The position numbers were made by a program, and so were the translations under genes. From Chiloscyllium plagiosum (lineage: Eukaryota): a DNA stretch of 64,000 bases. Positions 25,201 to 36,469 of this stretch are shown piece by piece (position 1 is the stretch's first letter; each line of letters starts with the position of its first letter). Below the pieces are notes generated by a model. That model worked only from the letters and a program-made list of their open reading frames with translations. It was not told the DNA's origin and did not search any database. The DNA is taken from positions 40,070,918-40,134,917 of the forward strand of contig NC_057728.1 of assembly GCF_004010195.1 (NCBI RefSeq). Direction: 5' to 3'.

Positions 25201-25649
25201 TTTTATTGCTCTAAAAAGAAAGTGCTCTGGATTAACTTAGTACTTATAGATTATGTTTTAAAAATTTAATCAAGACACAGATCTCAATAAAACATAATCA
25301 ATTAAAAGAACACACTCTACTCAGTAATTTAGACCTGCAGCAAGCTTACAGCAAGTAAAAGCTATACACTTATCTGTTCCTGCACTGTGAGCTCTCTCAC
25401 ATAGGTTCCTCCAAGGTCAGCTGTGCATTTCACTGTTTTGTTAATTTTTCCTGGACACACTCTGACGTCCAGGGATAATGAACTCAAACAGCAGAGGCAG
25501 TAATTGTGCAGATTTACTGCTGTGTCAGCACTGTAGCTCCCTCTTTCTCTCTCCCTCACTGACCATGTGGTTGCGACCTTTTGTCTGTCTTCCTCCTTTT
25601 ATTGTAAACTGTTGATGTTCCAAAATTGATCCTTGTGGTTTACCATGCA

Positions 25650-28600
25650 TTATATCTTGCCAATATAGAAAAACCCAACCTATCACAATTCTCTGCTTCC
25701 TGTTAGCCAGCCAATCTTCTAATCATGCCAATATGCTTCCCCCTACACGAGGAGATTTTATTTTTTGCATTTACCTTTGATGTGGCAACATATCAAATGT
25801 CTTCTGAAAACTAAAGCACCGTACATCCAATTGGTCCCCTTTATTCACAGCACAGGTTACCTCCTCAAAATTCTCCAGTAGTTTGGTCAAACATGATTTC
25901 CCTTTAATAAAATCCAATCTCTACCCAATTACTTCATACTTACCTAAGTACTCTGCTGTAACTTATTTAATAAATGCTTCTAACGTTTTCCCTATGATAG
26001 ATATTAAGATAACTGGCCTGTAGGTTCTTGCTTTCTGTCTCTTTTTTTGAATAAAGGAGTTGCATTCACTGTCATCTAATCTAGATGATTATCCCTAAAT
26101 CAACAAGTTTTTGCAAAATGAAAACCAAAGCAGTGATTATATCATTATCCACTTATTTCAAAACCCTAGGATGAAGTCCATCAGCCTGCAAATCCAACAA
26201 TTTGTTTGGTATCGCTTCTCTGGTGATTGTGATTTTCCTGACTTCAGATCACACTTCAATTTCCTGATTTATCATTGGTTCTGGGATGTTACGTGTATCC
26301 TTTTTAGGGAAGACTGATGCAAAATGATTGTTCAAAATATCTGCCATTGCTTATTTTCCATGTTTACTTCTCTCGTCTCATTTTCTATCAGACTAACACT
26401 TGCTTTATTAACTTTTCTTTTAAATATCTGTTGAAGCCATTACTATCTGCTTCTATATTTCTGACCAGCTTTCTCTCATACTTTAATTTTTCACTTTTTT
26501 GGGTCATTCTTTGCTGTCCAATCTTCTAAACTGCCCCTATCTTTGCAGATTGATATGCTTTTTCTTTAAGCTTGATACTATCTTTATCATTTCTCAATAA
26601 CCACAGATGGTTAGAATTAGATTTTTTTCCTACTCAGTGGAACGTATCTATTCCGTGTATCATGAAATATTCTTTTAAATGTCTATCTCTGCATCTCTAT
26701 TGACCTATTTTTTTTAATGCCAATTCGCTTTAGCCAGTTTTGCTTTCATGCTCTCATTGCAGCCCTTATTTAATTTTTAGAACATCCTTCTGGATTTGCT
26801 CCTTTCTCTCTCAAACTACCATTTGCTAACCCAGTCATCTCTCCCCTTTTTGCTACCATCCTGTCCTTACTAAATGCCATGTAGTCTTCAACAGTCAGAT
26901 ATCAATTCATGTCACCCTGCAACCGTGGATTTGTAACTATGCCAGATTGTGCTTGTTCATTATTATTTGCACTCTCAGTTCATCTTTCGTTTTGAATGCT
27001 ACATGCATTCAGATATAGGGTTTTTAGTTTCATACTCTTAATCTCTTTGTAGATTTTAGTCTTATCTGTTGGTTGACTTTTGATTTATAGATTCTCTCTC
27101 TTCCTGCCATTGTCTCTTTATTACTTCTCTTTGGCCTTGACTCTACTCTTTGATCCCTGCCCCGCTATTCAATTTAAAACTATCTCTACTATCCTGGTTG
27201 TGTAGTTGACAAGAATACTGTCCCCAGATCAAGTCAAATGAAGACCATCTGATTTCCCTCGTTGTGATGCAGTGATGCTATGAAACTAGAAACTCCTTTT
27301 CCCAAGCCAGTCTTTTAGATGTGGATTCAGCTCTCTCATTTGATTTGCCCCATGCTAATATGGATGTGGCACATGTGATAATGCAGAGATTGTGACCTTT
27401 GAGATTCTGCTTCTAATTTGGTACCTAGTCCCTCATACTGACTAATCTAAAGTTCTTTCGATTTGAGAATTGTTCCTTTAGATTGCAAAATTGATCATAT
27501 TGTCAAGCTATTTAAGAAGGTTGAGGGAAATTAGAGGATTACAATCTAATGTTTTTGGATAATTTAAAATCTTTAATTAAAAATAGAGTGATTGAACACT
27601 GAATTTTTTCAGTTCATCAGAGTGAGATAGTGTAGATTTGTAAAAGGTAAGACATGTCTTATGAACTTGAATTTTTTGAAGAAGTAATTAAAACAGTGGG
27701 GAGCGAATTGGCTATGTATGTTATTTACGTGAACTTCCATAAATTGTTGGCTCAAGTTCCTCCGAGGCTATCAACTAATGTTGAAGCTGATAGAATTGAA
27801 GGCAAATTATGATAAAGTTTTGGAATTGGCTGAGCAGAAGGACACAGAGGGTAAGGATAATGGGCAGTTACTCTAATTGGCATCATGCAATTAATGTCCT
27901 GTAACTATTCAATGTATTAATTGATAAGTTAATGATGGGGTAGAAAGCCTCATGTCCAGATTTTGTAATGATACTGTAAACTGTGTAATAGAAATAAAAC
28001 AAAGAAGTATGGATAAACTAAGAGAATGTACAGAAATGTGACAAATGGATTTCAATGTAAGTAGACATGAGGTCATCCACTTTGGATTTATAAAAAGTAG
28101 GAGAGTGCTTTCTAAATGGTGAGAAGTTATGAACAGTGATGATCCAATGGGAATTTAGTACATTAAGATGCTGTCAACAGCTTCAGAAAATATCAAAAAA
28201 GTCTTAGCAACTGTTAAGCTTTATATCCAGAGGATCAAAATGTAAGGGGATTGAACTCATATTTCAGGTGTAGTCTAACAGAGACTTTGCAGAGCTGCAG
28301 TACTGTGAGGACCAGACCAACACATTGGCCTTGGAGGGAGAACAACATGGATTTACTAAAATCATTCCTGGATTCCAAGGGTAAACCAGAAAAGAAGAAT
28401 AAATTAATTGTGGTTAATAGATAATTTGTTTGAAGTTATCAAGAGGAACTATTAGGATAGGTAAGAACTTATTTCTGCTGCATACAGAGGTTCAGACTCG
28501 GGGGTATTGTCTCAAAGATTAGAACCAGACCTTTCACCAATTGAATGAGGAAGGTGTGTATGCATTAGGTGGTAGTAGTTTGAAGCTCTCTTCAACAAAC

Positions 28601-28765
28601 AAATCAGTTGTAAATTCTTTATTTGAGGTTGATAACTTTGAAGATTTTAAGCAATATGAGAAAAAGGCAGTATGTGGAGTTAGGTCGCTGATCAGTCCTG
28701 ATCTCATTGAAAGGAAATCAGTCTCAAGTGACAAAAGAACTTTTTCCTGTTCCTGTGTCCCCATG
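25650..28765. mobile_element. Old, highly decayed CR1 LINE fragments (minus then plus orientation)
   Basis: Degenerate RT-type text (caaacatgatttccc, gctaatgttgaagctga, ggatttcaatgtaagtagacatgaggtcatccactttgg); no long ORF. Confidence 0.6.
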
Positions 28766-28796
28766 TAACATTTGAAATTAGATCTTTTTTAATCAG

Positions 28797-28930
28797 GATT
28801 CCTGATGAAGGGCTTTTGTCCAAAACATCGATTTACTGCTCCTTGGATGCTGTTTGACCTGCTGTGCTTTTCCAGCACCATTCTAATCTTGACTCTAATC
28901 TCCAGCATCTGCAATACTCATCTCCACCTC
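28797..28930 (+). mobile_element. Family A Penelope-type tail with a decayed hammerhead (28802-28829)
   Basis: CTGATGAAGGGCTTTTGTCCAAAACATC followed by the shared tail. Confidence 0.75.
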
Positions 28931-29041
28931 TGTTCTTCCACCCTATCACAGATATTCCTTTTGTCTTTGTTCCATTAATCTTTCGCTTAAAACTTATTAC
29001 ACATTTAATTTTTCCCAGTTCTAATGAAATGTCATGATTTA

Positions 29042-29200
29042 GAGATGCCGGCGTTGGACTGGGGTGTACAAAGTTAAAAATCACACAATACCAGGTTATA
29101 GTCCAACAGGTTTAATTGGAAACATCAGCTTTCAGAGCACTGCTCCTTCATCAGATGGTTGTGGAGTACACAATTGTAAGACACAGAATTTATAGCAAAA
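29042..29200 (-). mobile_element. Family C Penelope-type tail, inserted into a family B remnant
   Basis: Minus strand cat-CTGATGA-AGGAGC-AGT-GCTCT-GAAA-GCTG-atg, then ccaattaaacctgttggactataacctggt...ccccagtccaacgccggcatctc. Confidence 0.7.
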
Positions 29201-31335
29201 CTAATGAAGGGTCACAGGCCTGAAGCAGTAACTAGTTTCTCTCTATATAGATGCTGTCTAGTCTATTGTTTTGCACACTCCTGCCTCTCAGCATTTTCAT
29301 ATTTCTGACATTAGCAGCATTCTGCTTTTTGATCAGCCATAGCATTTTCCTGCTTTTGCAGGACATAGGTCACATGTCCTCTTAAAATGGTATGACTACT
29401 CAAGACCATTCCAGCTCTCTGTGGAACATTCCAGTCCGTCACATTGATCCACTCTATGGCTGTCGTCTTGTAAGTTTATTCCCAACAACAGCCCATTCAA
29501 TTTCCTTTTCCTTTCATCACTGATGTCTCCTGTTTGACTACTTCCAAAAGCAATGAGGTCCAGGTTATTGCTACTCATTACGTGAAAAGAAACTCTCTTG
29601 TATACTTCTCTTGGCCAAAACTTTCAATCAGGTATCCCTAATCATTGATCCATCTTTTTTTGGGGGGGAGAGTTTGGAGAGAAAAAAGCATTTTTTGACT
29701 ACCTTATCTAAAGTTGTCATGGTCTTAGACAACTCATCATCAAATCCCCCTTAATCTCCTTTCCAGCAAGAACAACTTCAGCTTTGTTGACCTAACCTTG
29801 TAACTAAAATCGCTCATCCTGGGAACCACGTGAGTTGAGAGAAGCTGTTCTAAGTGCTGGAGGTGGTCAGAATTCATCGGTGAAATAAAAAAAAATGACT
29901 GCAGCCATGTCCATGAACTGCTGTAATCAGTACAGTATTTGATGACGGACCTTGTGTAATCCTGCGAGGATGTGACCAGACTGTCTACAATCACTGTGGT
30001 TCTTTGTGGAAACCATGATAAAAGAAAAAGAGGATCACATTTTTTATGTTTCATACAGGTAACCTAAGGTAACTGACTTGCTGGTATGGCTCTGTGAGTT
30101 TCAAAATAATGTTAACAGTCCAGGTTCAATTCTGTTCTGGCTGAGGTACACTCAGTATCTACTTTCATGGCCTGCCCCTGAGAGTTGAAGGCGATGGCAA
30201 ACTGTCAAGAAACAGATGAAACGTCCATAAAGAGCTGAAGAACCTGCCAGTTATCACTCTTTGGCCGCCAGTAATGCTGTTGCTGCATTGCTACCGTACG
30301 AGGCATGGAGTGTAGTGAACTGATAATCATATATTGTCAACTGCTATGGAAACACGATTTTAAAAAAAACTTTTCTTTCAAAACAGCTACTACCAACAAC
30401 TCCAAAAAAGAAATCCAGCGTACAGTGTAAGAATAACAACTGGCAACTTCAAAGAGTTCGATTCTTTTAAAAGTAACAAAATTAATTTCTGCTGTCCGCA
30501 GTTCAGTAAGTGATTGATTAGCATAGCTAATGTATCTTTCTCTATAAAAGTACGAACGTGCCAAAACACTGCATCATATAAAATGCTTATTTGTATTTCT
30601 TTGTGCACGAGCATCTTACAATGTCGAGAAGTGACGGTTATTTGTAAAATTCACAAATATAAAACAAAGCGGCGTTTTTTTTTCTTGCATATAAACTGTA
30701 AAGATTTGCATATTTGAAGAGCTTTCCAGGAAAGGGCTGCAACTCGCCCAATATTTCCTCTGTCAACTGCATGCAGTGATCGAAAGTTAGGTGCTCTGGT
30801 TTCGGAGAGAGTCCCCTGCCACACGTGCAGCTAGCTCACCTTAGTAGCAGCATTCCGCTTACAGCGAGAGAACTGCGGGGAACTCCGCGACCGAGGTGGC
30901 TATCAGTGGCCAGCAGTATCCCACCGTGTGTGGGAAGGCTTCGGCTAAAGCAGCGCCGAGTCCCCACGCTGACAAGGAGCTGTGAACTCAGAGGGAGTTT
31001 TAGCATCAGAAACAGCATGTACACCCAAATGGACAAGATTCATCAATGATCTGTGACAGACATTTATCACAAATTGCCGATACTGCAAATGATGGGGGTG
31101 CTTGGTTGGATCTGCAAGTTACAGTCACTTGTATACACATTAATTCCCAACAATGCCCAAATTTTGCATCTCAGCACGCTCCCCGGTTAGAAACACCGAA
31201 CATTTATAGCACAGAAGGCAGTGATTTAATCCATTCTGCTATGTACATTTTTCAACATTCTGTTACTTAAAGGAACCAGATCTCTCTTATTTCTGTGTCT
31301 CAGACACCTGCTGCAGTGTCTAATGTTATAAGAGT

Positions 31336-31553
31336 ATAGATTAGAGTGGTGCTGGAAAAGCACAGCAGGTCAGGCAGCATCCGAAGAGCAAGAAAATCGA
31401 CGTTTCGGGCAAAAGCCCTTCATCAGGAATTCCTGACGTTTTATCCGAAACGTCCATTTTCCTGCTCCTCGGATGCTGCCCGACCTGCTGTGCTTTTCCA
31501 GCATCACTCTAATCTAGACTCTGGTTTCCAGCATCTGCAGTCCTCACTTTTGC
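31336..31553. mobile_element. Fold-back Penelope-type insertion (family A) about 5 kb upstream of IL22
   Basis: Inverted arms. TSD CTAATGTTATAAGAGT 31320-31335 vs CTAATGTCATAAGAGT 31554-31569. Confidence 0.82.
31399..31426 (-). ncRNA. Minimal type I hammerhead ribozyme motif, intact core
   Basis: Minus strand CTGATGA A GGGC TTTT GCCC GAAA CGTC: all conserved core bases, 4-bp stem II, palindromic ACGU stem III, GUC cleavage triplet; short stem I (attc/gatt). Confidence 0.72.
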
Positions 31554-31792
31554 CTAATGTCATAAGAGTCCATTAAACAGTTCACTTATTTCAATCATAG
31601 CTTAAGCATTACTCAGAAAATGATCTACCTCCCTTAAATGTTATTCACGAAAATATTGGTTTCACATTCGTTGCAGTTACTACCTGAGAGTTCATCCTCT
31701 AAATAGACTCACAGCCAATGCAGCATACTCGCTACTGGGATGCAGGCACTGCTGGGATTGCTGGCCGTTGTTGATTAGCGAGAAGTTTTTTT

Positions 31793-32338
31793 CAGATTCT
31801 CTACAGTGTGGAAACAGGCCCTTGGGCCCAACCAGTCGACAGGACTCTCTGCAGAGTAACCCACCCAGACCCATTTCCCTCTGACTGATGCAACTAACAC
31901 TATGGGCATTTAGAATGGCCAATTCACCTGACCTGCACATCTTTGGACTGTGGGAGGAAACCCACGCAGACACAAGGAGAATGTGCAAACTCCACACAGT
32001 CACTCGAGGCTGGAATCGAACCTGGGACTCTGGTACAGTGAGGCAGCAGTGCTAACCACTGAACCACCGTGCTGCTAGTAAAACATTCTGTTAAGCTATT
32101 TGCATTTAGATTAGATTTGCCGACAGTGTGGAAACAGGCCCTTCAGCCCAACAAGTTACCCTCAGAAGAGTAACCCACCCAGACCCATTTCCCTCTGACT
32201 AATGCACCTAACACTATGGGCAATTTAGTTTGGTCAATTCACCTGACCTGCACATCTTCGGATTGTGGGTGAAAACCAGAGCACCTGGAGGAAACACACA
32301 CAGACATGGGGAGAATGTGCATACTCCACACAGACAGT
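31793..32338 (-). mobile_element. Two HE1 SINE copies (31793-32073 and a 5'-truncated copy at 32108-32338)
   Basis: Reverse complement of the HE1 head, core and tail seen at 17285 and 47977. Confidence 0.9.
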
Positions 32339-35300
32339 GATGAAATGTCCCCAGAATGTTTAGTTAAGGAGCTTTAGCCAAATAGTGTATAACATAAACT
32401 AATATATCTGCATCTTTCTTTCTAGGTGGTGGAGATTGCAGATTTGAAAGATGCTGCTGAGAATTCTCCACTATTTGCTGCTGTGCATCAATTCATAATG
32501 CACATTGCAGCCACATTTCTATACTGAGGCAAGACAGATTTAGTGAATATGGTGACACTCAAGCTGACTGCTTCATTTCATAATCTTAGGGGGTTGTAAG
32601 ATTCACTGTCAAAACTAGCATCTGTTACCTGTAATAGGGGAGAAAAAGCAAGATTTAGCAAGGAATATTCAGAAGGTGAATTGCAGTTTCCATTATTTTT
32701 TCTTCTAGAATCTCTCTGCTGGTACATGTGCATGGTAGCCTTAAGTGCACAAAATGCAATTTTCAATAAATCTCCATTTCTAAATAAATGGGAGGGATAG
32801 CATATTTCAATGGTTATAAACATTCAGCCTCAACAATAACACTTATATATTCTGAAGTTTTTACATTTTCTATTAAATTAACAATGCACTTAGTCATGTA
32901 CAGTGAAATGACTGATTTTTAAATCAACAGATAATATTTCACTGATGACCTTCAAAGGCACGCAAAGTGGTTGAGTTTTCCGTAGGCTTTACATTGTTTG
33001 ACAGCAACAGGACACAATCCAGTGTGAATAAGCAACACCACAGTGGAATAAGTTGCAACTCTATTCCTGAGACTGGTGTCATTGCTTTGCAGCTGGTTCC
33101 CTGCAATTACCAGCATTCACAGGAGTTGGAATGTGGGATTTATTGTCCATGGCCTCGACCTCAGTGACTCTGGACTCTGAAAGTTAAAAAAAAATGATTT
33201 TGGCATCTCTGATATCTTTATGTGTTTTTGGAATAGTTGTCTGGGGACAGGGGCAACATTTTGTTGAGTTGTAGCTATTTTCATCTCATGTAGGTATAAT
33301 TGTGTTGAAAACACCTTCAAATCCTTTACCTCCATGTGGAAAAGTATGACCTTTTCCTTCTTTCATTTGTGATTGTGAAATCTGCTATTATTCTTTCAAA
33401 ACATTGCAGCCACTATTGCCGACATGGGAATGCGGATAAAAACTCCAAATACATAAAGAAATGGTAGATTAGCATTGACAATGCAATTTTAATCAGCAAT
33501 ACAGTGCCATTGTGTACTCAAAGGCCCATGATCACATTTCTTTCATAAGCAAAATCTATTTGTAATGCCCTGAAATTATTATACTTTGGTTCAGGTGTTT
33601 TATTTTGCAATATCAGTCTGTGCGTACACAATACAGGCTTTCCTGTTACCAAGGCCTGAAACTGGAATGTCTCTTGTGTGTCTAAAACAAGCTGCAGGTG
33701 TAAAGTGTTCCCTAAAGCCAATTTAAAACATCAGCGGAAAGTAGAAAAATCTTTCAAACATTGTACATCAATGTACACAATGTTGCATAAGTTCATTCTC
33801 TTCATTGACATTGTGAAGCTTTTCAATAGGAATAACAAGATTTAGAAAAATTGAGGAAGGAGCATTCACAATCAGACTGCAAGTGCTGTTAAAACACGGG
33901 CTCCTGTATTCTTCTTCTAGACTTCTTCTACTGATACATGTATGACTGTGGTGGCCTTAAGTTGAAAAAAAACACAATGCAATTTTCAACATTTTCCATT
34001 CCTAACTGATCTTGATAGGTTGGTGTGAGCTGGTTTCTTGAGCTACTGCAGCCAATCTTGTGGCATCAGTGGAAAATTATGAGAGGGCCTCTCTTTGTTG
34101 AGATCGTCATTGCCTGACACTAATGTAGTATATATGTTACTTTTGGTACTGGTGCAAGTTTTGACACACTTCGACATGGAATGCTTCATTATTTCAGAAA
34201 CTGCAAATGGAGCTGAACACTTGCAAAGAGAAAACAGCCTACTTCTCATTTCATAATCAAAGAAAGGCCACCAATGAAGCAATTGAAAATAGTTAATTTG
34301 ATACCTGTGTCCTGGGACTGAGATGATGACAATCACAACCATCTTTCTTTGTGCTTGGTGTGAATCCAGTCACTGGAGTAATTTCTTTGAGATCCCCATT
34401 GAATTTAGTTTTTCCCAGGCTCTTTGATATCACATTGAATTGAATGCTTTCTTGATGTTGAGGAAAGTCATTCTCACTATAACTCTAGAGTTCTGCTCTG
34501 ATGTCCATGTTTGAATTAAAGCTGCAGTGAAGGCAGAGCTGGAGTGGTGCTTGTGAAAGCCAAACTGGGCAACTGTGCATATGTTACTGCTAAGTATCTG
34601 CAGATTGATAAACCTTTTGATGGTTGTTCTCAGCTCTGCTAATGATTGGGAATAGGCTAATTCCATTTTAACTGAGGACTGGACAACTTTCTTCAATTTT
34701 TGGTAGATAGCAGGGAATTGCTCTTAAGTACCTTTAGTATAGTGTGAAACAGATTGACTCAAGCCTGGGATCTGCGAAGCTGGAAACTTCAGGAGGAGGT
34801 TAAGAAAGATAATCACTCAGAACTTTTGGCTGAACATCATTGCAACTATCATTCAAACCATTGAAAGGTACAGACCCAAACCATCATAATCTGTGGTGTC
34901 TCTCTTCAGATACTGACCGACCCATGAAAATATTTTTCTGTTTTACTTCAGATTCCAATCATAGGTAGTTTTTGTTTTATTTTTACAGGGTAGGTTTCTG
35001 CTATAATTTCTAACAGATCATGATTATTGTTCTAAAATGAAGGTATACTTCATAGCACTTATTTTGAATCAAAGCTATTTCATCTAAGAAAGCAGCAACT
35101 AATACTAACGTAATTATATATCATCTTTTGTATAAATAAAGTGAGAACTGGACAAATGGCTGAGAAATGATGCTATACTTGCCAACTTTAGAGAGGTAAG
35201 GCAGATTTGAGACGGGAGACTAATTGGAGAGGGGGTGGTTCAATATGTTTCTTTTCATGATAGAGGCTGTGACAGTGACTTTAAAAGGCAAAGTTACAGT

Positions 35301-36220
35301 GGTGGAAAACAAACAGAGGTTTCAACAATGTTGGCAAACACAAAGGCTAGACATGCGGTGTTGTGTTCAGTATGGGTAAACTGAGAGCAGGAACTGGGTA
35401 TTATTGAAGAGTTTGCAAAGGGTGAGGAAAGAAAATAGAGAGAAGCAGAATGATGGAGGATTGGGTGGTGGTGCTGTTGGGAATGGGATTTGGGAGTAGA
35501 TGGGGAAGAAGGAGAGGTCGGTGGAGTGAACTGGGAAAGGCTTAAGGTGACAGATAAGAAGGCATAGATGATGGCAATTTTAGAGGTGAAGAAATTGAGG
35601 AAATCTCATCATTGGGTATAGAAGATTAGAAAGGAGGGGATACATGAAATTATTTTGTTGGTGTTGGTCCTTAATTAAGACAGAAAGTGCCACAAAATAT
35701 GTCTACATTGATTCTGCCATGACTCCTACACCAAGTCGTCTTTTGACAGACCTTCTAATACAAAATGTATTGAGTTCAACCTTTGCAATGAATGAAAATA
35801 GACCTTGGAAGAACGCGACCTGCTTTGCAGTTTGCTGAAGAATTCAGAGCCTGTTATTAAAAGCACTATTAGATGGACACGCAGCTTTTCAACGTTCAAT
35901 GGCAGAGATCATCAACAATTTGCTATTGTAAGTCCGCCTGGGGGCTCTGCAACCTTTCTGCAATCGCTTGATCGGGTTATGTGATAAACTCTTAAGTACC
36001 AAATATTCATGCTTCTCGTTTAGTTAAAAGGTAAAACAGTGTTTTATATTTATTGTAAATATGTGTATTGTAAGAGACCAGAGTGGAAAATTACTATTGT
36101 AAGGCAATACATCGAAATAATAGATAGTTTCTGAAAAGTTCTTTTTTAGGTAGAAAAAGCTGACTAAATGATCTCATACCGAGCGCAATCAATTTGCACA
36201 CTCAGCAAAACATTCGGCTT

Positions 36221-36315
36221 ATTACCTGGAAGAAAGCGGAAACTTGATGAGTAAATGATAGACGTCATAAGGTCATTCAGGGAAATTTTCGTACTACCAA
36301 TGAACGATATATAAA
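36221..36315 (+). promoter_or_regulatory. IL22 proximal promoter
   Basis: TATATAAA 36308-36315; GAS TTCAGGGAA 36276-36284 overlapping NF-kB-like GGGAAATTTTC 36280-36290; CRE-like GACGTCA 36261-36267; AP-1-like TGAGTAA 36248-36254; nuclear-receptor half site AGGTCA 36270-36275. Confidence 0.7.
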
Positions 36316-36469
36316 CAATGCAAGGTGGTGTAAAGATTCAGAAAATTAAGTCCTGTGTATAACTTGGTGCAGCACAATATCAGCCAGCCTCATCTTAACC
36401 TTGATTAACGTGAAGAGTAAGACGACTTTGATTTGCAAGTGGACCAGCTCTGTCTCATAATATTCCTCC

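Larger units (their letters stand above)
20040..25600 (-). mobile_element. Near full-length decayed CR1/HER1 LINE (ORF1, endonuclease, RT) with nested insertions and an internal inversion
   Basis: Endonuclease motif MVGDFNFPNI (23578..23805), RT-region SPGPDQVYPRTLWE..DWRLANVVPLFKKG (22737..23204), ORF1 N-terminus (24890..25198), 3' end at about 20040. The ORF1 esterase part lies on the + strand at 24263..24451. Confidence 0.85.

Noticed and set aside
32426..32530. Acceptor followed by a short open frame upstream of IL22
   Set aside because: All three frames stop early and there is no cytokine similarity; at most a non-coding exon.
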